From Gemmatimonas sp. (GTDB lineage: Bacteria; Gemmatimonadota; Gemmatimonadetes; Gemmatimonadales; Gemmatimonadaceae): a stretch of 64,000 bases of DNA. This document shows positions 47,626 through 58,029 of the stretch, one piece after another. Within the stretch, counting starts at the first letter, position 1, and every line of letters starts with the position of its first letter. A model generated the notes under the pieces. That model did no database searches. It saw only the letters and a list, made by a program, of their open reading frames with translations, and was not told where the DNA came from. A program made the position numbers and the translations under genes. The stretch covers positions 480,001 to 544,000 of the forward strand of contig OZ257156.1 of NCBI GenBank assembly GCA_965279375.1, in the 5' to 3' direction.

Positions 47626-47769
47626 CAGGATCCTCGGGGAGGGTGGGAGCCGGAACATGCGGGTGCATCCGCCGTCACGCCACTGGCTGTGATCTTCCAC
47701 CAATCGCCGTGGTGACAGTCCCACTGCATGGGCACATATTCGACGAATGCACCCTGAAGCCCGCCATCC

Positions 47770-50079
47770 GTGACGATCGACCTTCGCGACGACCTCTCCC
47801 GCGCGCTGGGGAATCAGTACGCGATCCATCGCGAGATGGGCGGAAGTCCGCGAACGCGAGTGTTTTTGGCGCGCGACCTGTCGCTCTATCGTGACGTCGC
47901 CGTCAAACTACTCTCTCCCGAGCTGGCCGATGGGCTGTCGGTCGAGCGATTCACGACGGAGATGCGGCGCACGAGCGCGGTCAAGCATGCACTGATCGTC
48001 TCGCCGCTGCTGGTCGGCGTGACGCCGGCGGGGTTGCCCTACTTTACGATGCCGTATCCCAGCGGCGTGACGCTGCGCGATCGTCTCCGCGAAGGCCGAC
48101 TGCCGCTGGCCGACGCCGTGGCGATTCTGCGGGACATGGCGACGGCGCTCGCGCAGGCACATCGGCAACAGCTCCCGCACGGCGATCTTCGACCGGAGCG
48201 GGTGCTGCTGGCCGCACGCGACGCATTGATCGCAGGGTTTGGCATGGCGCACGCGTTGGAGGTTGCGCGCGAGCGTCCGTCACAACTCGCCGTCAGCGAC
48301 GGCGATCCGCCACAACGCTACGGTCCTCCGGAGCAGGGCGTCGATGGACCGTTCACCACGCGCGCCGACGTCTACGCGTGGGGCGCGATCGCGTACGAAC
48401 TGCTCACGGGAACGCATCCGTCCCTGGCGACGCGCGATGGCACACTGCCGTCTCCGCGCGCACTCGTGCCCGAGCTGTCTCCCGCCATTGCCTCGCTCGT
48501 GATGGCGTGCCTCGCGACCGATCCAGCGCAGCGGCCTGAGCAGGCGAGTGCGCTCGTTGACGCCCTGCGCGGCACACCGGCGAGCGTACAGGTGGTGGCG
48601 CCGAGGAAGAGCCGTGCACCGCTGATCATCGCGAGCGTTGTTGCGATCGCGGCAGTTGGCGCGGCCCTGTTCTTCAATCGCACGCCGCGGAGCGTAGGCG
48701 ACGGCGCAGCGGGGCTCGCCGGTCGGCATACGTTGGCGGTGTTGCCGGTGTCCGATGCACTCACCGATAGCAGCACACGGTACTTCATGGAGGGCGTCAC
48801 CGACGAGCTGACGACTGCGCTGCATCTGGTCACCTCGCTCGGTGTCGCCAGTCGCAACGCGGTGCATGCGATGCCGCCGCTCGATGCCAGTGACCCGCTC
48901 GATCTTGGGCGCCGGCTCGGTGTGGAGATGGTGCTCGAGGGAAGACTGCGGCGCGACAGTACACGACTCGAACTCACCGTCGTTGTGACGCATGTGGCGG
49001 ACGGCTCCACGCAGCTGCGCCAGACATTCCAGCGTCCTGAAGCAGAACTGCACCAACTGGAGCAAGACGTCGTGCGCGCCGTCGGTGCGTCCCTCTCGCT
49101 TGCCGTGGACTCGACCGCTACTTCGGGGCGCATCGCGACCGGTGCGACGGGTCGGAAGACGGCGCACGATCTTCTACTGCGCGCGCGCTACGCCGGTGCG
49201 CGCAACGACGAAGCGTCACTGCGCGAAGCAGTCGAACTCTACCAACGCGCAGCGAACCTCGAGCCGGACAACGTCGCGGCGTGGCGCGGTGTGTCGGAGA
49301 TGTGGCACAGACTGGCGGACGACTTCGTGCCGGCGCGCGAGGCGCTTGCCGCGGCAAAGACGGCGACCGCACGGGCGTGGGCGCTCGACTCCACGAGCAG
49401 CGTGGCACTCGCCGAACGCGCCAGCGATGAGTTCCTGTACGAGCGCAACTTCAGCGCCGCCGATCGCGATTTCGCTCGTGCGCTGCGTCTCGATTCCGCT
49501 TCGGCGCACGCCCCGCTCTACGCGCACCTGCTGCTGCTCTCCGGCAAGCGGGACTCCGCGATCGCGGTGATGGAGCGCGCCGCGCGCCTCGATCCGCTGT
49601 CACCCATCGTAGCCCGCCTTGGCCCCCCGCTGCTGACAGGCGCCGAGCAGTTCGATCCGCTGCGCGCGGTCTGCAGCAATGCGGTGCAGATCGACTCGGC
49701 GACCTACACATTCGACTGTCTTCGTCTGCAACTCCGCGTGTCCGGTCGGTGGCGCGACTATCTCTCGAGCTGCGATTCACTGGAGCACGCCTGCCAGGGT
49801 CTGTCGCTGCATCGGCTCGGGCGCGTGGAGGAGGCCAAGCGCAAGTCAGCCTTGCTTGAAGCGGAGCTGCGTACGCGCACCGGCGCGTACCTCGATCCGG
49901 GTTTGGTGGCGACATGGTACGCACAGACGGGCGACGCCGATCGCGCCCTGCCGCAACTGGAGCGCGCGTTGGCTGTGCAGTCGCGCTACATCGCCTACCT
50001 GCGCGATCCCTACTTCTTCTCCGAGCTCAAGGGCGAACCGCGGTTCGAGGCCTTCGTGCGGCGGGCTGGCCTGCAGTGA
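47770..50079 (+). CDS. Ser/Thr kinase-like protein with TM helix, TolB-like and TPR regions (degenerate catalytic motifs)
   Basis: RDVAVK, HGDLRPERV, IAGFG, ADVYAWG..YELLTG, TM helix, LAVLP...YF.EG.TDEL, TPR-like helices. Confidence 0.88.
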   Translation: MTIDLRDDLSRALGNQYAIHREMGGSPRTRVFLARDLSLYRDVAVKLLSPELADGLSVERFTTEMRRTSAVKHALIVSPLLVGVTPAGLPYFTMPYPSGVTLRDRLREGRLPLADAVAILRDMATALAQAHRQQLPHGDLRPERVLLAARDALIAGFGMAHALEVARERPSQLAVSDGDPPQRYGPPEQGVDGPFTTRADVYAWGAIAYELLTGTHPSLATRDGTLPSPRALVPELSPAIASLVMACLATDPAQRPEQASALVDALRGTPASVQVVAPRKSRAPLIIASVVAIAAVGAALFFNRTPRSVGDGAAGLAGRHTLAVLPVSDALTDSSTRYFMEGVTDELTTALHLVTSLGVASRNAVHAMPPLDASDPLDLGRRLGVEMVLEGRLRRDSTRLELTVVVTHVADGSTQLRQTFQRPEAELHQLEQDVVRAVGASLSLAVDSTATSGRIATGATGRKTAHDLLLRARYAGARNDEASLREAVELYQRAANLEPDNVAAWRGVSEMWHRLADDFVPAREALAAAKTATARAWALDSTSSVALAERASDEFLYERNFSAADRDFARALRLDSASAHAPLYAHLLLLSGKRDSAIAVMERAARLDPLSPIVARLGPPLLTGAEQFDPLRAVCSNAVQIDSATYTFDCLRLQLRVSGRWRDYLSSCDSLEHACQGLSLHRLGRVEEAKRKSALLEAELRTRTGAYLDPGLVATWYAQTGDADRALPQLERALAVQSRYIAYLRDPYFFSELKGEPRFEAFVRRAGLQ

Positions 50080-50651
50080 AGGCGCGCCTCGACGCGGTCT
50101 GTGCCGATGGCTGGGCGCTTTGGGAGAAGTTCGAGGCAGCGGCACGCGACGACACGTTTCACCCGTTCATTCCGGCGGACTACGACGTGGTCCGCCACGC
50201 CCTCGAACGACACGCCGCGCCAACGCAGCGTTTTCTCGAGTGGGGATCGGCCACGGGCGTCATCACCGTGATGGCATCGGTTCTCGGCTTCGAGGCCTAC
50301 GGCATCGAGCTGGACGCGTCGCTCGTGCGGATGGCGCGCGCGTTGGCCGAACGGCATCAGACGGGCGCGCAGTTCGTGGCGGGCAGCTATGTCCCTACTG
50401 GCTACCGCTGGCGCGGCGGGACCGGCGACATTCCCGACACCACGGGCGAAGGCCCCTCCGGCTATCTGCAGTTAGGGCGCGCGCTCGATGACTTCGATGT
50501 GGTCTTCGGGTATCCGTGGAACGGAGAATCCGAGATGATGATGGACCTGATGCAACGCTACGGTCGGCCGGGCGCCCTGCTCCTGCTCAACGACACCAAT
50601 GCTGGCGTCCGCGCCTATCGCGACGGCCGACTCGTAGTCGAAGGCCCATGA
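50076..50651 (+). CDS. Class I SAM-dependent methyltransferase-like protein
   Basis: FLEWGSATG motif I, YGIELD, FDVVFGYPW. GTGA overlap with the upstream gene. Confidence 0.72.
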   Translation: MKARLDAVCADGWALWEKFEAAARDDTFHPFIPADYDVVRHALERHAAPTQRFLEWGSATGVITVMASVLGFEAYGIELDASLVRMARALAERHQTGAQFVAGSYVPTGYRWRGGTGDIPDTTGEGPSGYLQLGRALDDFDVVFGYPWNGESEMMMDLMQRYGRPGALLLLNDTNAGVRAYRDGRLVVEGP

Positions 50652-50652
50652 C

Positions 50653-51057
50653 CTAGTGCTTGGCCACGGCCGCCTTGAAGCGCGCCCGGATCTCGAGCAA
50701 CTCGGTGCTGTGATCGATGTTCTTCTTGATGATGTCCTCGAGAAGCTTCATGATCGCGATGTTGTCCTCGACGCTGACCGGCTCGCCGCTCAGGTGCACG
50801 CCAAAGCCGAAATGCTCACCCGGCACCAGCACGAGTTCGTTCTGCAGCACCACGTCGCTCGTGTCGTCGGCCACGCGCACCGCGACGAACTTCTTGCCCG
50901 ACTTCTCCATGAAGCTGATGCGCAAACCGTTCGCCGTCGCGGGCCATGCCGGATAGCTGTGGGCGTTGCCGTCGCTGCCGGTGAAGCTCGTGCTGGTATT
51001 GGTCAGGCTCTTGAAGTTGCGCTCGAAGCTGCCGACGTACATCAGGGCGTGTCGCAT
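50653..51057 (-). CDS. Hypothetical protein
   Basis: Clean ORF with strong GC3 codon bias. No family recognised. Confidence 0.7.
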   Translation of the reverse strand: MRHALMYVGSFERNFKSLTNTSTSFTGSDGNAHSYPAWPATANGLRISFMEKSGKKFVAVRVADDTSDVVLQNELVLVPGEHFGFGVHLSGEPVSVEDNIAIMKLLEDIIKKNIDHSTELLEIRARFKAAVAKH

Positions 51058-51188
51058 GGGAACCATTCAGGTGGAGGATCTGGCACGGCCGGCCGGGCGA
51101 CCGGGCATCCCCAAGACTACGGCGCCGAACGGCCCGACGGAATGACTGAACCTCGACGGAGTGACCGGCGCGCCGTACGTTCTGGCCC

Positions 51189-53600
51189 ATGAAGGCAGAT
51201 TCACCGGACCCAGCAGAGACGTCCCGACAGCAGGGGCAGCGCGCATTCCTGAAGGGGCTTTTCGCCCAACGCGAAGGGAGGGCGTCTCCCGACGTGCTCG
51301 CCGAGCTGACGGGGCACAGCACCGAACTCGCCAGGATTGGCGGTTGGCAGCTCGACCTGCGCACACTGGAGTATGTCTGGTCGCACCAGTCCTACCGTAT
51401 CCTCGACGTCGACCCGCCCAACGCGCCGTCACCGCTCGACACCATCAACCTGTACCACCCCGAAGCGCGCGAGATCGTCAAGGCGGCGGGGATCGCCGCG
51501 GCGACGCACGGTACGCCGTGGGATCTCGAGCTGCCGGCGCGCACCGCCAAGGGACGTGAGATCTGGGTGCACACGCAGGGCACCGCCGTCGTCGAGGACG
51601 GAAAGGTGGTCAAGCTGCTGGGCACCTTTCAGGACATCACCAATCGACGCGTCACCGAGCATGCCCTCATCGAGAGTGAAAGCCGGACGCAGCGCCTGCT
51701 CCGGGCGGCGAGCGTCGGCCTGTGGGACTGGGATTTCGCGACCGGCAGGGTCTACTTCTCGCCGGAGTGGCTGAAGCAACTGGGATACGAGGTCGGCGGC
51801 CTACCCGAACACTACGACTCCTGGGTGTCCCACCTGCACCCGGATGATCGCGAGGCTGCGATAGCCCACGCGATCGCGTTTCGTGATGGGCGCATCGCGA
51901 CCTACGATACCGAATTCCGTATGCGGCACCGCGACGGTTCGTATCGCTGGATTCTCGCACGCGCCGACATCGCCCGCGATGCCGATGGGAAGCCGCTCCG
52001 CATGATGGGCAGCCACTTCGACATTTCCGAACGCAAGGAAGTCGAAGCGGCGCTTCGCGTGAGTGAGGAACAGTTGAAGCATGCGCTCGAGGCCACGCGC
52101 GATGGGCTCTGGGATTGGTCGATCGCCACAGGTGACGTCTACTTCAGTCCGCAGTGGGCGCGCCTCCTCGGCTACGAACCGGGCGAAGTGCCGCGCAGCA
52201 CCGACTTCTTCTTCAGCTGCGTCCATCCCGACGATCTGGATCGGATCAAGCAGCGGGTGGCCGATCATCTCGCCGGATTGACACCGACCAAGCAGGACGA
52301 GGTGCGGCTTCGTATGCGCTGCGGCACCTATCGCTGGTTCCTCGATCGCGGCAAGGTGGTGGAGCGCGACGCAAACGGCACGCCGCTTCGCATGGTCGGC
52401 ACCATCACGGATATCGCCGAGCGCAAGCGCGCGGAGGATGATCGCGCGCGGCTCGAATCGCAGCTGCGACAGGCGCACAAGATGGAGTCGGTCGGACGTC
52501 TGGCCGGCGGTGTCGCGCACGACTTCAACAACATGCTTGGCGTCATACTCGGCCACACCGAGAGCGCACTCGCCGAAGTGCCGGGCGATGCGCCGCTGCA
52601 CGATGACCTCGTGGGCATTCGCGAAGCGGCGACGCGATCGGCCGATATCACTCGACAGTTACTCGCGTTCGCCCGGCAACAGAATGTGGTTCCGGAGATC
52701 ATCGATCTGAACGATCGCGTGGCTGGCATGCTCAAGCTGCTGCCGCGGCTGTTGGGGGAGGATATTCGACTCACGAGCGTTTCCGACGCGAATCTCTGGC
52801 CCATCCGCATCGATCCGTCGCAGGTCGATCAGATCCTGACGAACCTGTGCGTAAACGCCCGCAAGGCGATCGCCAACGTAGGTCTCATCGAGATCACGAC
52901 CGCGAACCGTGTGCTCGACACGGAATTCTGCGACGCACATCTCGGCGCGATTCCCGGCGAATATGTCTGCCTGACCGTTCGCGATACGGGATGTGGAATC
53001 AGCGAGGACGTGCTGCCACACATCTTCGAGCCGTTCTACACGACGGGCGAGACCGGCGAGAGTGTTGGGCTCGGCCTGGCCACCGTGTTCGGCGCGGTGT
53101 CGCAGAACAACGGCTTTGTCGATGTCACGTCGTCACCCGGTGCGGGCGCCACTTTCGCCGTCTATCTGCCGCGCTACACCGGCCAGACTGCTGCGCCGGA
53201 TTCGGCCGCCACGACGCGCACCGTGGGTGGCACCGAAACGATTCTCCTCGTGGAGGATGAACCGGCGCTGTTGCGCATCACATCAAAGATGCTCGAGTCA
53301 CGCGGCTTCACCGTGCTGCGTGCGAATGGTCCCGAGGAAGCGATGCGCATCGCCGAGTCGCATGTGGGGCCGATCGATCTTCTGCTGACCGACGTCATCA
53401 TGCCCGGGATGAACGGACGTGATCTCGTGCGACGTGTGCAACGGGTGCGACCGTCGTTGCGCTACCTGTACATGTCCGGGTATCCGGCAGACGTGATTGC
53501 GACGCACGGGGTGATGGAGCCAGGCGTGCACTTCATTCAGAAGCCGTTTCTCATCGCGCAGCTTTCGGCACGCGTGCGCGCGGCGATGGATCAGAACTGA
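51189..53600 (+). CDS. Cytoplasmic PAS/PAC hybrid histidine kinase with receiver domain
   Basis: Three PAS/PAC units, [14 protein letters not shown]-box, NLCVNA, DTGCG, GLGL, and receiver VEDE...LLTDVIMP...KPF. Confidence 0.93.
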   Translation: MKADSPDPAETSRQQGQRAFLKGLFAQREGRASPDVLAELTGHSTELARIGGWQLDLRTLEYVWSHQSYRILDVDPPNAPSPLDTINLYHPEAREIVKAAGIAAATHGTPWDLELPARTAKGREIWVHTQGTAVVEDGKVVKLLGTFQDITNRRVTEHALIESESRTQRLLRAASVGLWDWDFATGRVYFSPEWLKQLGYEVGGLPEHYDSWVSHLHPDDREAAIAHAIAFRDGRIATYDTEFRMRHRDGSYRWILARADIARDADGKPLRMMGSHFDISERKEVEAALRVSEEQLKHALEATRDGLWDWSIATGDVYFSPQWARLLGYEPGEVPRSTDFFFSCVHPDDLDRIKQRVADHLAGLTPTKQDEVRLRMRCGTYRWFLDRGKVVERDANGTPLRMVGTITDIAERKRAEDDRARLESQLRQAHKMESVGRLAGGVAHDFNNMLGVILGHTESALAEVPGDAPLHDDLVGIREAATRSADITRQLLAFARQQNVVPEIIDLNDRVAGMLKLLPRLLGEDIRLTSVSDANLWPIRIDPSQVDQILTNLCVNARKAIANVGLIEITTANRVLDTEFCDAHLGAIPGEYVCLTVRDTGCGISEDVLPHIFEPFYTTGETGESVGLGLATVFGAVSQNNGFVDVTSSPGAGATFAVYLPRYTGQTAAPDSAATTRTVGGTETILLVEDEPALLRITSKMLESRGFTVLRANGPEEAMRIAESHVGPIDLLLTDVIMPGMNGRDLVRRVQRVRPSLRYLYMSGYPADVIATHGVMEPGVHFIQKPFLIAQLSARVRAAMDQN

Positions 53601-55609
53601 CCAGCCACAGTCGGCGTTGACCCGTCGGCCTCCATCGCGGTCGCCTCCTCCCCTTCGTCGAGCTCCACGTCCAGGGCGCTGCCATGCGCCATCTGTCGCT
53701 GCACCATGCGCGCGTAGCGTCCGTTGTCGCGCATGAGCGACGCATGCGTGCCGCGTTCGACCACACGCCCGTCGTGCAGCAGCAGGATCAGATCGGCCTT
53801 GGCGATGGTGGAGAGCCGATGTGCGATCATGAAGGTGGTGCGTCCCGCGACGAGATCGTTGAGTGAAGCCTGAATGAGCTGCTCGCTCTCGGTGTCGAGA
53901 TTGCTGGTGGCCTCATCGAGAATGAGAATCTGCGGATCGGCCAGCATGGCGCGCGCGATGGCGAGCCGCTGCTTCTGTCCGCCGGAGAGCTTCACGCCGC
54001 GCTCACCCACGACGGTATCGTAGCCGTCCGTGAGCCGCTCGATGAACTCGTGTGCGTTGGCGCGCCGCGCGGCGACCTCCACGGCCTCGGGCGTCGCGTC
54101 GAGGCGACCGTATGCGATGTTCTCGCGGACCGATCCGTCGAACAGAAACACTTCCTGCTGCACCAGCGCGAGCAACGCGCGATAGCTGGTGAGGCGGAAC
54201 TGCCGGATGTCGGTACCGTTGACGAGAATGCGTCCGGCCGTCGGGTCGTGAAAGCGCGCGACGAGGTCGGTTACGGTGGTCTTGCCTGCACCGCTGCGAC
54301 CCACAAGCGCCACCACGGTGCCGGCCGGCACGACGACGTCGAAGTCGTGCAGCACGGTCGTACCGGCGTTGTAGCCGAAGTCCACCTGTTCGAACGCGAT
54401 CGTCTCCACGACGGCCGGAGCAGCAATCGCGTCGGGCGCGTCCGGCTTGTCGGGCGGCATCGCGAGGATATCGAACACACGCTCCATCGAGGCGAGGGCG
54501 CGCTGCATCTCACTGAACGAGTTCACGATGTTCCAGACGGGATTCATGAGCAGGAACGTGTACCACTGGAACGCCATGATGTCGCCCACCGATGCACGTC
54601 CCTGCACGTTGAGCCAGCCGCCGTACCAGATGATGACGACGTTCACGCCCGCCGTCAGCAAACCCCACGACGTCCACAGCAGCAGCTCACGACGATGCGC
54701 GAATAGCTCCTTGCGGAGCACCGTGTGTCGTCCCTGCAGATACGCGAGCAGTTCGCGCTTCTCCTGACGGAACGCACGCACCACGCGCACACCGGAGAAC
54801 GCCTCGCCAACGCGGCCGTCGATCTGCTCGGCGTCGTTGCGCACCACGCGATAGATGGGGCGAATGCGACGTGCGAAGATGAAGCTCATGATCATCGCGC
54901 CCGGAATCACCGACAGCGCCGTGAGCGCCAACCGCCAGTTGAGCGAGAAGAGCACACCAATCGCGATGATCAGGCGAATCACCGAGATCGCCGGCGAGAT
55001 GATCGCCATCTGCAGCAGCCCCGTCGTCGTCTCGACGTCGCCCGACAGCCGCGAGAGAATGCCGCCGGTTTTCATGTCCCACAGACGCGGCAGCGGCAGA
55101 TGCAGCAGGCGATCGAACAGCGCTCGCCGCAGCGCAAGAATGACACGGAAGTTGAGCGCCTTCTGCGTGTAGTCCTTGAGCACGCTGATCGCCGACGACA
55201 GGACCACGAAGCCGAGGAAGAGCGCACCCGCCACGTTCAGCAGGAAGAGCCGTCGCTCGCGTGCCAGCCCCGTCACGAGCAACACTTGATCGACGATGTA
55301 GCGCAGGAACAGCGGCTGAATCATCTCGACGCCTGCGGTGCACAACGCCAGCAAGCAGACGGCAATCAGGCGCCCACGATGTGGCGCGAGCCAGCGGAGA
55401 TAGCTGCGCAGATGCGCCTTGCGGTCGCCGCCGAGCAACCGGTCGCGCCAAGAGCGTTTCCCCCCAGGTTCGCTGGGCTCCGAGGGCTCCCCGGTCGTCC
55501 GCTTGGGCTCGTTCAGCGTGCCGCGATGATACGCCTCGACGAACTCCCGATACCTCGCGCGCGACGAGCCGGCAGACGGAACTGTACGAGGAACCGAGTG
55601 ATCGGGCAT
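53591..55609 (-). CDS. ABC exporter, fused permease and ATPase (MsbA-like family)
   Basis: [23 protein letters not shown] and IAHRL motifs, N-terminal TM domain. Start ATG 55609. Confidence 0.93.
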   Translation of the reverse strand: MPDHSVPRTVPSAGSSRARYREFVEAYHRGTLNEPKRTTGEPSEPSEPGGKRSWRDRLLGGDRKAHLRSYLRWLAPHRGRLIAVCLLALCTAGVEMIQPLFLRYIVDQVLLVTGLARERRLFLLNVAGALFLGFVVLSSAISVLKDYTQKALNFRVILALRRALFDRLLHLPLPRLWDMKTGGILSRLSGDVETTTGLLQMAIISPAISVIRLIIAIGVLFSLNWRLALTALSVIPGAMIMSFIFARRIRPIYRVVRNDAEQIDGRVGEAFSGVRVVRAFRQEKRELLAYLQGRHTVLRKELFAHRRELLLWTSWGLLTAGVNVVIIWYGGWLNVQGRASVGDIMAFQWYTFLLMNPVWNIVNSFSEMQRALASMERVFDILAMPPDKPDAPDAIAAPAVVETIAFEQVDFGYNAGTTVLHDFDVVVPAGTVVALVGRSGAGKTTVTDLVARFHDPTAGRILVNGTDIRQFRLTSYRALLALVQQEVFLFDGSVRENIAYGRLDATPEAVEVAARRANAHEFIERLTDGYDTVVGERGVKLSGGQKQRLAIARAMLADPQILILDEATSNLDTESEQLIQASLNDLVAGRTTFMIAHRLSTIAKADLILLLHDGRVVERGTHASLMRDNGRYARMVQRQMAHGSALDVELDEGEEATAMEADGSTPTVAGQF

Positions 55610-55775
55610 ACGGTTGGCTTTGGGGCGGACTGACCGGCGACGGTCCCAATCATACCACCTCCCACCCCGCGATGTTTGGGCCCGTCCCAACCGGTATGAA
55701 GATTTCGCGAAATGGGTGGCGAGACGGTGGACTCGACATCATCATCCCGCCTTCGCGACCTTCACCCCCCACGCC

Positions 55776-57363
55776 ATGTCGAACGTCCAAACGCTGCCCT
55801 CCCCAGCGAATGGCATAGCCACGCTCTCGGACGACGCTCGAGCGGGCCTTGTCGTCTTTCTCGTTGCGCTTCCGCTTTGCCTCGGCATCGCGCTCGCGTC
55901 GGGCGCACCGCTCTTCTCCGGTGTCATCTCCGGTATCATCGGAGGGCTCGTCGTCTCGCTGCTCTCCACGTCGGCGGTGAGCGTCAGCGGACCGGCCGCT
56001 GGTCTGGCAGTCATCGTGGCCACGGCCATTCAGACGCTCGGTTCGTTCCAGGCGTTCTTGATGGCGGTCATGGTAGCCGGTCTCGCGCAGATTGCCTTCG
56101 GTGTCGCGCGCGCCGGACGTATTGCGGACTACGTGCCGAATGCGGTCATCAAGGGCATGCTCGCGGCGATCGGTGTCGTGATCATCCTCAAGCAGACGCC
56201 ACACGCGCTCGGTCGCGACAAGAGCTACGAGGGCGACTTCGACTTCTTCCGCTCGGCGGACGGTGGCTCCACGACGCTGTCGGACATCGCCGATGCCGTC
56301 GCCTCGGCCAGTGGCGAGGCGATCATCATCACTGTGGTCTCGCTCGCGATTCTCTTGCTGTGGGAATCGCGCTGGGTGAAGTCCAACAAGGTGTTATCGC
56401 TGGTGCCCGGCGCGCTGATCGTGGTGTTTGCCGGCATCGCGCTCAACGAATTGTTCCGCACGTTCTTCGAGAACTTCTACCTGCGCGCAGAGAATGGGCA
56501 TCTGGTGACGTTGCCCGCTGGAGATCTGCGCTCGGTGCTGGGTCAGGTTTCGTCGCCCGACTGGTCGCGCTGGACGGATCGACGCATCTACACCACCGGA
56601 CTCACACTCGCCGTGGTGGCGAGCATCGAATCGCTCCTGTCGCTCGAGGCATCGGACAAACTCGACCCGCAGCGCCGCATCTCCAACCCGGATCGTGAAC
56701 TGCTTGCGCAAGGCGTGGGGAACGTCGCCGCCGGGCTGTTGGGCGGCCTACCCGTGACCGCAGTGATCGTGCGCAGCTCAGCCAACGTCTACGCAGGCGC
56801 AAAGTCGCGCTGGTCGGCGTTCATTCACGGCGTGTTGTTGCTTGTGTGCGTGCTCCTGATCCCGGGGCTGCTCAACCGCATTCCGCTGGCGAGCCTCGCC
56901 GCCGTGCTGCTGATGGTCGGCTACAAGCTGACCAAGCCCAAGCTGTACGTCGATTCGTGGAAGGCCGGACTCGATCAGTTCCTGCCGTTCATCGTGACCG
57001 TGCTGGCGATCGTGTTCACCGACCTGTTGCTCGGCGTGCTGATCGGCGTGGTCTTTGGTGTGGTCTTCGTGATTCGCACCAATCATCACTCGGCCTTCAC
57101 GCTCGTGCACCAGGACTCGATGTATCTGCTGCGCTTCAACAAGGACGCGTCGTTCGTGAACAAGTCGGAACTCAAGGCGAAGCTCTCTTCGCTGCCGTCC
57201 AACTCGAGTGTGATCATCGACGGACGCAAGGCGACGTTCATCGACAACGACCTCTACGACGTGCTCAAGGACTTCAAGGAGTCTGCGGTCCACAAGAAGA
57301 TCGACATCGAATTCAAGCAGTTCTACGACAAGTCTCAGAGCTACCGTAAGCGGAGGCCATCGC

Positions 57364-57377
<14 letters not shown>
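55776..57377 (+). CDS. SulP-family anion (probably bicarbonate) transporter
   Basis: [37 protein letters not shown] and [12 protein letters not shown] motifs. Start ATG 55776. Confidence 0.93.
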
Positions 57378-58014
<637 letters not shown>

Positions 58015-58029
58015 TCGACCGCGTCGGGT

